DNA of 64,000 nucleotides from Propionivibrio sp. GTDB taxonomy: Bacteria > Pseudomonadota > Gammaproteobacteria > Burkholderiales > Rhodocyclaceae. The notes under the pieces are model-generated. The model made no database searches, had not been told where the DNA came from, and worked only from the letters and a program-made list of their open reading frames with translations. A program made the translations under genes and the position numbers. This document shows, piece after piece, positions 18,558-27,340 of this stretch (position 1 is its first letter; every line of letters starts with the position of its first letter). Where the stretch lies: positions 884 to 64,883 of the forward strand of contig NZ_JAPUVO010000088.1 of NCBI RefSeq assembly GCF_029255185.1, given 5' to 3'.

Positions 18558-19214
18558 TCAGGCGTTCGTTTCCAGCCATTCCCCCAACTCCACGATCGTG
18601 TGCAAACATGCCAGCGGATTCAAGGCATCAAGCACTTTTCCCGAATGCGCACCATAGTCGACGGCCAGACCTGAAACCCCTGCGTTGATCGCCATCTGCA
18701 GGTCGTGCGTGGTGTCGCCAATCATCAGTGTCCGCTCTGGCGGCACCGCGAATTCGACCATCAACTCGTTCAACATCTGCGGATGTGGCTTTGAAAAACA
18801 CTCGTCGGCGCAGCGCGATGCCGAAAAATAAACACTTAATCCGCAATACGACATAGCCCGATCAAGACCTTGGCGACTTTTCCCGGTCGCCACCGCCAAG
18901 AGGAAGCCTGAAGCATGCAGCTGGGCGATCAGTTCGGAAGCGCCGTCAAACAGATGCAACGCATGATCACGCAATAGATAATGCTGCCTGTAGCGCTCGA
19001 CCATTTGCGGAAATCGATCCGCGGACAGACCAGGCACCGAATGCCGCAAAGCGTCGGCGAGTCCGAGGCCGATCACCTGGCGGGCGTGCTCGTCTGACGG
19101 CTCGGGCTGGTCAAGATCGCGGCAAGCAGCCTGGACTGCAGCGACGATGGCTCCAGTCGAATCGAGCAGGGTGCCGTCCCAGTCGAAAACCAGAAGGTCA
19201 AAATTTTTGAACAT
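18558..19214 (-). CDS. HAD-superfamily hydrolase (phosphoglycolate phosphatase-like)
   Basis: Trimmed to MFKNFDLLVFDWDGTLLDS (DxDGT motif). Also VATGKSR and GDTTHD. Overlaps the rluC stop by 17 nt. Confidence 0.85.
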   Translation of the reverse strand: MFKNFDLLVFDWDGTLLDSTGAIVAAVQAACRDLDQPEPSDEHARQVIGLGLADALRHSVPGLSADRFPQMVERYRQHYLLRDHALHLFDGASELIAQLHASGFLLAVATGKSRQGLDRAMSYCGLSVYFSASRCADECFSKPHPQMLNELMVEFAVPPERTLMIGDTTHDLQMAINAGVSGLAVDYGAHSGKVLDALNPLACLHTIVELGEWLETNA

Positions 19215-20175
19215 AATCCTGTTTTTGCCTTGCTGAAAGCTGATGTATGAATGCGTCAAGCACGTCTGGCAAAGGAGACTCCAGCACCATGATTTTTCCG
19301 CTGACCGGATGTGGAAACTGTATTTTCCAGGCATGCAGGAACATGCGTTTCAACCCTTCCTTGGGCAGCGATCTGTTCAGCGCAAAATCGCCGTACTTCT
19401 CATCGCCGACAATCGGGTAGCCCAGGTGTGCGCAATGCACGCGAATCTGGTGGGTGCGTCCGGATTTGAGTTCGGCTTCCAGCAGGCTGTAATTTTCCCA
19501 GCGTGAAACCAGCCGGAAGACGGTATGCGCCGCCTTGCCTTCATCCGCAACACGAACCCGCCGTTCCCCGGACTCTTGCAGATACTTCAGCAGTGGCAAC
19601 TTGACGCTGCGCAGTGGGTCCATCCAGCGCCCCTTGACCAACACCAGATAGCGTTTGTCTGCCCCCTTTCCGTTTCCACGAAACATGTCGTGCAGCGCGA
19701 CAAGTGCCGAACGCTTCTTGCCAATCAGCAATAATCCGGAGGTCTCGCGATCAAGCCGGTGGGCCAGTTCAAGAAAATTCGCACGTGGTCGCTGCCGGCG
19801 TAGCGCTTCGATCACCCCGAAGCTGACGCCACTGCCCCCATGCACCGCGATTCCCGACGGTTTATCCACCACCAGAATGGCTTCGTCCTCATAGGCAATT
19901 GGGAGTTCGGCCTTGATTTCCGCACCGGCAACAATCTCTTCCTCACGCTGAGCGATACGAATCGGCGGGATACGCAAGACATCGCCAATCTGGAGACGGT
20001 AGGAGACATCGATCCGCTTGCTATTTGCCCGGACTTCGCCACTTCGGACTATCCGATACACGTGGCTTTTCGGTACGCCCTTGCAGATCTTCAGAAGGAA
20101 ATTATCGAGGCGCTGTCCTTGCTCGTCCTCGGTAATAATGGCCTGTGTTACAGAATTTTTGCTTACCTTGGCCAT
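19198..20175 (-). CDS. rluC: 23S rRNA pseudouridine synthase RluC
   Basis: Trimmed to MAKVSKNS. S4 domain plus the HRLDRETSGLLL catalytic motif. Divergent from rne, as in E. coli. Confidence 0.88.
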   Translation of the reverse strand: MAKVSKNSVTQAIITEDEQGQRLDNFLLKICKGVPKSHVYRIVRSGEVRANSKRIDVSYRLQIGDVLRIPPIRIAQREEEIVAGAEIKAELPIAYEDEAILVVDKPSGIAVHGGSGVSFGVIEALRRQRPRANFLELAHRLDRETSGLLLIGKKRSALVALHDMFRGNGKGADKRYLVLVKGRWMDPLRSVKLPLLKYLQESGERRVRVADEGKAAHTVFRLVSRWENYSLLEAELKSGRTHQIRVHCAHLGYPIVGDEKYGDFALNRSLPKEGLKRMFLHAWKIQFPHPVSGKIMVLESPLPDVLDAFIHQLSARQKQDYVQKF

Positions 20176-20576
20176 TTTGAATATACTGGACCTGATTTGC
20201 GTCTCGGATTGAAAGAGGCACTGACCCGTGAGACCGTCGAGCGGCGCCGATTCATTTGTAATTGCGACGCACTTTCCGGCAGGCATCAGTTGCCTCGCTT
20301 GCACCAACTTGTGCAAGATCAAACAGCGCAAATCACCTGGTTAAGTACGCTCACCAAAAGTAGCGATACTACTTGATTTGCGCGCGCCTAGCACGTACGG
20401 ATCGCCCCAAGCAGATTCACGAACCTTGATTTTTCAGGGTTTGCACAAGAATAGATTCAGCGAATGATTCTTATTAGTTGCCACACCGGAAAGCCCATGA
20501 AGCGACCCATCCACAACTAATCCGTCGCTGCCTGCAAAAGGCGCTCCCCCCGTATTTGCGCGTGGGAGCCCATTTT
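20176..20576 (+). promoter_or_regulatory. rluC/rne divergent promoter region and long putative rne 5' leader
   Basis: 401-nt non-coding gap upstream of rne. By analogy, enterobacterial rne carries a long autoregulatory leader. No sequence similarity to that leader could be verified by eye. Confidence 0.4.
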
Positions 20577-23183
20577 ATGAAACGCATGCTTTTTAACGCG
20601 ACACAGGCCGAAGAACTCCGTGTCGCCATTGTTGATGGTCAGAAACTCGTCGACCTCGACATTGAATCGGCCGCCAAGGAACAGAAAAAAAGCAATATTT
20701 ACAAGGCTGTCATCACCCGCATCGAGCCCAGTCTCGAAGCAGCTTTTGTCGATTACGGAGCCGAACGTCACGGTTTTCTTCCTTTCAAGGAGATCTCTCG
20801 TGCCTATTTCCAACCCGGGGTCGAGGCCAATCGCGCGACCATCAAGGAAGCACTGCGCGAAGGCCAGGAACTGATTGTTCAGGTCGACAAGGATGAACGC
20901 GGAAACAAGGGCGCGGCGCTGACAACGTTTGTCAGTCTAGCCGGCCGTTATCTTGTTCTGATGCCCAACAACCCGAGGGGTGGTGGCGTTTCCCGCCGCG
21001 TCGAGGGCGATGAGCGCGCCGAACTTCGTGATGTAATGGATCAATTGCAGGTACCGCAGGGCATGAGCCTGATTGCCCGCACGGCAGCCATCGGCCGCAA
21101 TGCCGAAGAATTGCAGTGGGATCTGAATTATCTGATGCAGTTGTGGAAAGCCATCGACGGCGCCGCCAATCAGCAAAAGGGCGCCTTCCTGATCTATCAG
21201 GAAGGCAGTCTGGTCATTCGTGCCATTCGTGACTACTTCCAGCCCGACATCGGTGAAATACTGATCGATACCGACGAGGTTTATGAGCAGGCACGCCAGT
21301 TCATGGCCCACGTCATGCCCGGGACCGTCAACCGCATCAAGCGCTATCGTGATGATGTTCCGCTCTTTTCGCGCTTCCAGATCGAGCACCAGATCGAATC
21401 GGCTTACTCCCGTCAGGTTACCCTGCCCTCGGGCGGCGCCATCGTCATCGACCATACTGAGGCGCTGGTTTCGGTGGACGTCAATTCAGGCCGCTCGACG
21501 CGCGGCGCGGACATTGAAGAAACCGCATTCAAGACCAATCTGGAGGCGGCTGAGGAAGTCTCGCGTCAATTGCGCTTGCGCGATCTTGGTGGTCTGATCA
21601 TCATTGACTTCATCGACATGGAGAGTCAGCGTAATCAACGCGAAGTTGAAAACCGCCTGCGCGATGGTCTGCGCCTCGATCGTGCGCGCGTACAGACGGG
21701 TAAGATCAGCCGCTTCGGCTTGATGGAACTGTCGCGTCAGCGACTACGTCCGGCACTTGCTGAAACCAGTTACATCCCCTGCCCGCGTTGTTCTGGCACC
21801 GGCCATATCCGCAGCGCAGAATCAGCTGCGCTGCACATTCTGCGCATCCTCGAAGAGGAGGCCATGAAAGACAACACGGCCGCCGTGCATACGCAGGTTC
21901 CCGTTGATGTCGCCACCTTCCTGCTCAACGAAAAACGCGCGGATATCCAAGCCATCGAATTACGGCACAAGGTTAACATCCTGCTGATCCCGAACGTTCA
22001 TCTGGAAACACCGCAGCACAGCATTATTCGTTTGCGTCATGACGAATTGAATCTGGACGATCTGCAACAACCCTCTTACAGGAGAGTTGATGTGCCGTCC
22101 GAGGAAGCCACCAAGCAGGCGGCTGCCGCAGAAGCCAAGGCGCCGCGTCAGGAAGCGGCGATCAAGGGCATTACTTCGGACCAGCCGGCCCCGATTATTG
22201 CCGAAAAAATAAAAAGCCCCGATGTAAAAGCGGAAACTGGCTTGATTGCCAGGATTCTTGCTTGGTTCAGCAGAAAACCTGAACCCGTTTCTCCGCCAAA
22301 ACCTGAAAGAAAACCGCGCAACAACCCACAGCGTGATGGGCAACGTGACGGACGGCGAGGTGGACGCAACAATCGGCGCGACGAAGAAGCAGATGGCCGC
22401 GAGCCGCGCGCCAGCCGTGATCCCGCCCGCGAACCGCGCCAGACTCAAACTGCACGTGATGTAAACCAGAAACCGCGCGAAGCCAAGGAAACACGTGAGC
22501 CCCAGCCCCGTCGCCAACGTGGAGAACCGCGCCCGGAGCGGAAGGAACAAGCGGCAATCGCACCGGTTGTTGTTGAAGAAAAAAACATTCCCGAAAACGT
22601 TGAGAAAGTTACTGAAGAGGGAAGCAGCGGCGGCTCCCGCCGTCGAGGTCGTCGGGGTGGTCGTCGGGATCGCGGCGAACGAACCGAAAATCCGGCTGAA
22701 GTTCAGACCAGCGATGCCGCACTGCCCGTTGCTGCGAGCACCGATGCGATCGTTGAAATGTTGACTTTACCTGCTGCTGAGCCACTCGCAGTTGAGGCAG
22801 CAGGCGAGCCGACAACGACACTTGTTGAACTCCCAGTCTCTGCCGAGATAGCGATCCCGGCGCCCGCACCACAAGCAAAGCCTGAGTCTTTTGAAGCCCT
22901 AAGCGCTGAAACAGAAGCCCTTCCGGAACCGCTTGCGTTCGTTGAAAAAGCTACCGCCGAACCACTCACAGTTCCGGCAATTGTTGCCATCGAACCGGCT
23001 GTCGACATTGAGAAGGTTCTCGAAACAAGCGGCCTGATCATGGTTGAAACGAACGGGGATAAAATCAGATCCTGGCAACCAGAAGAAGCAAGCAGTGAAG
23101 TTGCACCACGTCCGCGCCGCAAGCGCGCGCTCGCCGTTGCAACTCAGGATGAACCTCTGGTGATGGTAGAAACGAACAGGTAG
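20577..23183 (+). CDS. rne: ribonuclease E
   Basis: Track ORF trimmed to ATG 20577 (MKRMLFNATQAEELRVAIVDGQ). S1 domain plus catalytic core. Arg-rich, Pro/Glu-rich scaffold half (RDGQRDGRRGGRNNRRDEE...). Confidence 0.95.
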   Translation: MKRMLFNATQAEELRVAIVDGQKLVDLDIESAAKEQKKSNIYKAVITRIEPSLEAAFVDYGAERHGFLPFKEISRAYFQPGVEANRATIKEALREGQELIVQVDKDERGNKGAALTTFVSLAGRYLVLMPNNPRGGGVSRRVEGDERAELRDVMDQLQVPQGMSLIARTAAIGRNAEELQWDLNYLMQLWKAIDGAANQQKGAFLIYQEGSLVIRAIRDYFQPDIGEILIDTDEVYEQARQFMAHVMPGTVNRIKRYRDDVPLFSRFQIEHQIESAYSRQVTLPSGGAIVIDHTEALVSVDVNSGRSTRGADIEETAFKTNLEAAEEVSRQLRLRDLGGLIIIDFIDMESQRNQREVENRLRDGLRLDRARVQTGKISRFGLMELSRQRLRPALAETSYIPCPRCSGTGHIRSAESAALHILRILEEEAMKDNTAAVHTQVPVDVATFLLNEKRADIQAIELRHKVNILLIPNVHLETPQHSIIRLRHDELNLDDLQQPSYRRVDVPSEEATKQAAAAEAKAPRQEAAIKGITSDQPAPIIAEKIKSPDVKAETGLIARILAWFSRKPEPVSPPKPERKPRNNPQRDGQRDGRRGGRNNRRDEEADGREPRASRDPAREPRQTQTARDVNQKPREAKETREPQPRRQRGEPRPERKEQAAIAPVVVEEKNIPENVEKVTEEGSSGGSRRRGRRGGRRDRGERTENPAEVQTSDAALPVAASTDAIVEMLTLPAAEPLAVEAAGEPTTTLVELPVSAEIAIPAPAPQAKPESFEALSAETEALPEPLAFVEKATAEPLTVPAIVAIEPAVDIEKVLETSGLIMVETNGDKIRSWQPEEASSEVAPRPRRKRALAVATQDEPLVMVETNR

Positions 23184-23205
23184 CTTGAACTCTACCGCAT
23201 GACAT

Positions 23206-23237
23206 AGCGAACTGGGCGCCTAAGCGCCCCGTTCGCT
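23206..23237. terminator. bidirectional stem-loop between convergent rne and LMW-PTP genes
   Basis: agcgaactgggcgcc-taa-gcgccccgttcgct gives a 14-bp stem with one mismatch. It lies in the 65-nt convergent gap. No strong U-tract is present. Confidence 0.55.
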
Positions 23238-23248
23238 GTACACTTCCA

Positions 23249-23767
23249 CTATTCGTTCTGGCGCCGGAGATGATTTTTCTTCTTTTCAACCGTCAAAGAA
23301 GAACGTTCCTCCACCAGCTCTACCAGTCCATCGGTCGCATCTTCGACCATGTCCAGGACCAAGTCGAAGCCTTGGCCCAATCCGTAATAAGGATCGGGCA
23401 CCTCGTCGTCGTCAAAGTTTTTTGAGTAATCCATGAACAGGCCCAGGCGATCGGAACGCTCAGAAGGGCAAACGAGACGAAGCGCTTCGAGGCTGTTCCG
23501 ATCCATGGCGAGGATTAAATCGAAATAGTCGATGTCCTGTGGCGCAATCTTGCGCGCACGTATCCCGGATAAATCGTAACCACGTCTGGCAGCGGCCCGC
23601 TGCGTGCGCTGATCCGGGGCTTCTCCAACGTGATATCCATGAGTGCCCGCAGAGGCAACGTCAACCTTGTCCTCGAGTTTCTTCTCCTGCAACTTGCGGC
23701 GGAAAACGCCTTCAGCCGTCGGCGAGCGGCAGATATTACCCATGCATACAAACAACACTTTAATCAT
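23249..23767 (-). CDS. low-molecular-weight protein-tyrosine phosphatase
   Basis: Trimmed to MIKVLFVCMGNICRSPTAEG (CX5R(S/T) P-loop), preceded by GGAGG. DP loop DPYYG. Confidence 0.9.
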   Translation of the reverse strand: MIKVLFVCMGNICRSPTAEGVFRRKLQEKKLEDKVDVASAGTHGYHVGEAPDQRTQRAAARRGYDLSGIRARKIAPQDIDYFDLILAMDRNSLEALRLVCPSERSDRLGLFMDYSKNFDDDEVPDPYYGLGQGFDLVLDMVEDATDGLVELVEERSSLTVEKKKNHLRRQNE

Positions 23768-23916
23768 TTGGCCACCTCCACTAAGCTCATTCGAGGCCGT
23801 GTAAAACGTGCATTTACACAATATACTCGAAGCGCTTGGCCACCGACTGAATATTGCCTTCTTTCTGAATACAAAGGAATATTCACAAGCCGAAGACAAT
23901 CTGGCATTAACTCAGT

Positions 23917-25986
23917 TCAAACATCGCTGTCGTGCACTGCAGCACCAAACAATTGTGCCTTTATACGGAATAACTCGTCGCGCGCTGCGGCCGCTTTTTC
24001 AAACTCAAGATTTCTCGCGTAATTGGTCATTTCTTTTTCCAGACGCTTTAGTTCACGAGTCAATTGCTTCTCGCCCATGGCCTCATAGTGTGCCTGCTGT
24101 TGAGCGACCTTAAGCTCACGGTGAGCACTCCCGGAATCATAGACTCCGTCAATAATGTCTTTGATACGCTTGGTTACCCCTTTCGGGATGATGCCATGCT
24201 CGTCATTGTAACGAATCTGTTTTTTACGTCTTCGTTCGGTTTCGCTGATGGCGCGCCGCATCGACTCGGTAACGCGATCGGCGTACAGAATGGCCGTACC
24301 GTTGAGGTGACGAGCCGCGCGACCGATGGTTTGGATCAGCGAGCGTTCGGAACGTAAAAAACCTTCCTTGTCGGCATCAAGAATCGCAACCAGCGAAACT
24401 TCGGGAATATCGAGTCCTTCGCGCAACAAATTAATGCCAACGAGCACGTCAAACTCGCCTAGACGCAAATCGCGAATAATTTCAACGCGTTCTACAGTAT
24501 CAATATCCGAGTGCAGATAACGCACGCGAATCCCGTTCTCGCCGAGATAATCGGTCAATTCTTCGGACATCCGCTTGGTCAACGTCGTCACCAGAATCCG
24601 CTCATCCTGCCCCACCCGTAACCTGATTTCGGACAGCAGATCGTCAATCTGAGTGTTCGCCGGGCGAACGATGATAACTGGATCGATCAAGCCCGTCGGG
24701 CGAACGAGCTGCTCAACGACCTGTCCCTGGTGTGCTCTTTCATATTCGGACGGAGTCGCCGAAACAAAAATGGTCTGCCGCAGCAAAGCCTCATATTCTT
24801 CGAATTTCAGCGGGCGGTTATCCAGCGCAGAGGGTAGGCGGAATCCGTAATTGACCAGATTTTCCTTGCGTGAACGGTCGCCTTTGAACATCGCGCCGAC
24901 TTGCGGAATAGTGACGTGCGATTCGTCGATGAACATCAAGGCATCTGCCGACAGGTAATCAATCAGCGTTGGCGGCGGCTCGCCCGCCTGGCGGCCGGAC
25001 AGGTAGCGCGAGTAGTTTTCGATGCCTTTGCAGAACCCCACTTGGTCCAGCATCTCCAGATCGAAACGGGTCCGCTGTTCGATGCGCTGCGCTTCGACCA
25101 AACGATTCTCCTTGTTGAAGAACTCAATGCGCTCCCGCAACTCGGCCTTGATCGCCTCCAGGGCACGCAGCACGGTGGCCCGCGGGGTAACGTAATGCGA
25201 CGAGGGGAAAACGGTAAAGCGAGCCAGCCTGGTCTGCAGATGCCCGGTCAACGGGTCGAACAACTGCAAGTTTTCAATCTCGTCGTCGAACAGCGAAAGT
25301 CTTATGGCGTGCTCAGCATGTTCGGCGGGAAAAATGTCGATGATGTCACCACGAACGCGGAATGTACCACGATGAAAGTCAATCTCGTTGCGTTCGTATT
25401 GCATTTCGGAGAGGCGTTTGATGACCTCGCGCTGTCCCATACGGTCACCGACACGCATGGTGAGAATCATCTTGTGATACTCGTCACGGTCGCCGATACC
25501 ATAGATGCAGGAAACTGTTGCGACAATCACGCAATCACGTCGTTCGAGCAGACTCTTGGTCGCCGAAAGCCGCATCTGCTCAATGTGCTCATTGATCGAT
25601 GAATCTTTCTCGATAAACAGGTCACGCGCCGGAACGTAGGCTTCGGGCTGATAGTAGTCGTAATAGGAAACGAAATACTCGACGGCGTTTTCCGGAAAAA
25701 ACTCGCGAAACTCTGAATAAAGCTGCGCGGCCAGCGTCTTGTTCGGCGCCAGCACCAGTGCCGGACGTCCAGTACGGGCAATGACGTTGGCCATGGTGTA
25801 GGTTTTTCCCGACCCCGTGACCCCCAGCAGGGTCTGGAAGGACAAGCCATCTTCAAGCCCCTCGACCAGACTGGCGATCGCCTCCGGTTGATCACCGGCG
25901 GGCCGGAAGGGCTGGTGCAGGCGGAAAGGGCTGCCCTCAAAGGTAATAAACGGGGTATTTTCGGGAGATTTTAGTGAGTTCGGCAT
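23917..25986 (-). CDS. uvrB: excinuclease ABC subunit B
   Basis: Walker [13 protein letters not shown], helicase motifs, and a C-terminal UVR domain ([17 protein letters not shown]). Confidence 0.97.
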   Translation of the reverse strand: MPNSLKSPENTPFITFEGSPFRLHQPFRPAGDQPEAIASLVEGLEDGLSFQTLLGVTGSGKTYTMANVIARTGRPALVLAPNKTLAAQLYSEFREFFPENAVEYFVSYYDYYQPEAYVPARDLFIEKDSSINEHIEQMRLSATKSLLERRDCVIVATVSCIYGIGDRDEYHKMILTMRVGDRMGQREVIKRLSEMQYERNEIDFHRGTFRVRGDIIDIFPAEHAEHAIRLSLFDDEIENLQLFDPLTGHLQTRLARFTVFPSSHYVTPRATVLRALEAIKAELRERIEFFNKENRLVEAQRIEQRTRFDLEMLDQVGFCKGIENYSRYLSGRQAGEPPPTLIDYLSADALMFIDESHVTIPQVGAMFKGDRSRKENLVNYGFRLPSALDNRPLKFEEYEALLRQTIFVSATPSEYERAHQGQVVEQLVRPTGLIDPVIIVRPANTQIDDLLSEIRLRVGQDERILVTTLTKRMSEELTDYLGENGIRVRYLHSDIDTVERVEIIRDLRLGEFDVLVGINLLREGLDIPEVSLVAILDADKEGFLRSERSLIQTIGRAARHLNGTAILYADRVTESMRRAISETERRRKKQIRYNDEHGIIPKGVTKRIKDIIDGVYDSGSAHRELKVAQQQAHYEAMGEKQLTRELKRLEKEMTNYARNLEFEKAAAARDELFRIKAQLFGAAVHDSDV

Positions 25987-26137
25987 GATAGAATTCTACG
26001 TGGATTTTGTACTGATCACCGCTTCGCGCACAATTGGCGCACCAGAAGAAAATCCTATCCATTGATTAACATGTGACGCAAATTTAATCGCTGCCAAGCA
26101 AGTTGTGCCACGCTGACCGGAACAGAGTGCCTTGACC

Positions 26138-27340
26138 ATGACCCCCTCAATTTTCGCCGCTGTTGAGATGGCTCCTCGCGATCCAATTCTCGGACTGAAC
26201 GAATCATTCAACCTTGACTCACGCGCCACCAAGGTTAACCTCGGTGTCGGTGTCTATTTCGACGATAACGGCAAGATTCCGCTGCTCAGCGCCGTCAAGG
26301 TCGCCGAAAAAACACGTATTGAAAGCCTGCCGGCGCGCGGTTACCTGCCGATCGACGGCCTGGCTGCCTACAATCAGGCCGTGCAAACCTTGCTTTTCGG
26401 CAAAGATTCTGCCTTGCTTGCCGAGGGCCGCGTGGTCACTGCTCAAACCCTGGGCGGTACCGGTGCGCTCAAGGTCGGCTCCGACTACCTCAAGCGCCTG
26501 CTGCCGGATAGCACGGTCTATATCAGCGATCCGAGCTGGGAAAACCACCGCGCCATTTTCGAATCATCCGGCTTCACGGTCGAGTCCTACCCCTACTACG
26601 ACGCCGCGACCCGTGGCGTGAATTTCGACGGAATGAAAGCCAAGCTGAACACCCTGCCTGCCGGGGCGATCATCGTGCTGCACGCCTGCTGCCATAACCC
26701 GACCGGCGCCGACCTGAGCGAAGCCCAGTGGCGCGAAACCATTGAAACCATCAGCGCGCGCGGACTGGTGGCTTTTGTCGATATGGCCTATCAGGGGTTT
26801 GCTGATAGCATCGCTGAAGATGCGCTGGCACTTAATCTATTTGCCGCATCTGGCCTGCAATTCTTCCTCTCGAGTTCATTTTCCAAGTCTTTTTCGCTTT
26901 ACGGCGAACGCGTTGGCGCACTGTCGGTTGTTACCGCAGCAAAAGATGAGTCAGCACGGGTCATGTCGCAAATCAAGCGCGTCATCCGGGCCAATTATTC
27001 CAACCCGCCGAACCATGGGGGTGCAGTAGTCGCCGCAGTATTATCGAATCCTGAGCTGCGCCAGATGTGGGAAGACGACCTGGCCGGCATGCGCTTGCGA
27101 ATCCGTGCCATGCGCAGCAGCCTGGTTGAAAAATTGAAGGTCAGGAGTACAGCCCGAGACTTTTCCTTCGTCATCAAGCAGCGCGGCATGTTTTCCTACA
27201 CCGGCCTTTCCGCTGAGCAGGTTGCGCGCATGCAGAAGGAATACGGGATTTATGCCGTCAGTACCGGCCGCATTTGTCTGGCCGCGTTGAATACAAAGAA
27301 CATCGACTACGTAGCCGACGCCATCGCCGCCATTCTTTAG
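26138..27340 (+). CDS. aspartate/aromatic amino acid aminotransferase (class I, AspC/TyrB type)
   Basis: APRDPILGL, VNLGVGVY and the PLP-lysine motif SFSKSFSLYGERVG. ATG 26138 preferred over TTG 26132. Confidence 0.9.
   Translation: MTPSIFAAVEMAPRDPILGLNESFNLDSRATKVNLGVGVYFDDNGKIPLLSAVKVAEKTRIESLPARGYLPIDGLAAYNQAVQTLLFGKDSALLAEGRVVTAQTLGGTGALKVGSDYLKRLLPDSTVYISDPSWENHRAIFESSGFTVESYPYYDAATRGVNFDGMKAKLNTLPAGAIIVLHACCHNPTGADLSEAQWRETIETISARGLVAFVDMAYQGFADSIAEDALALNLFAASGLQFFLSSSFSKSFSLYGERVGALSVVTAAKDESARVMSQIKRVIRANYSNPPNHGGAVVAAVLSNPELRQMWEDDLAGMRLRIRAMRSSLVEKLKVRSTARDFSFVIKQRGMFSYTGLSAEQVARMQKEYGIYAVSTGRICLAALNTKNIDYVADAIAAIL

Noticed and set aside
22250-22720. Apparent repetitive DNA in the rne 3' half
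   Set aside because: It is low-complexity coding sequence for the Arg/Glu/Pro-rich RNase E scaffold region, not a discrete tandem repeat or mobile element.
24901-25602. 233-aa plus-strand ORF
   Set aside because: It is antisense to uvrB.
25987-26137. Expected LexA/SOS box upstream of uvrB
   Set aside because: No CTGT-N8-ACAG or TACTG(TA)5CAGTA-like palindrome could be found in the uvrB/aminotransferase divergent region, so no regulatory site is claimed.
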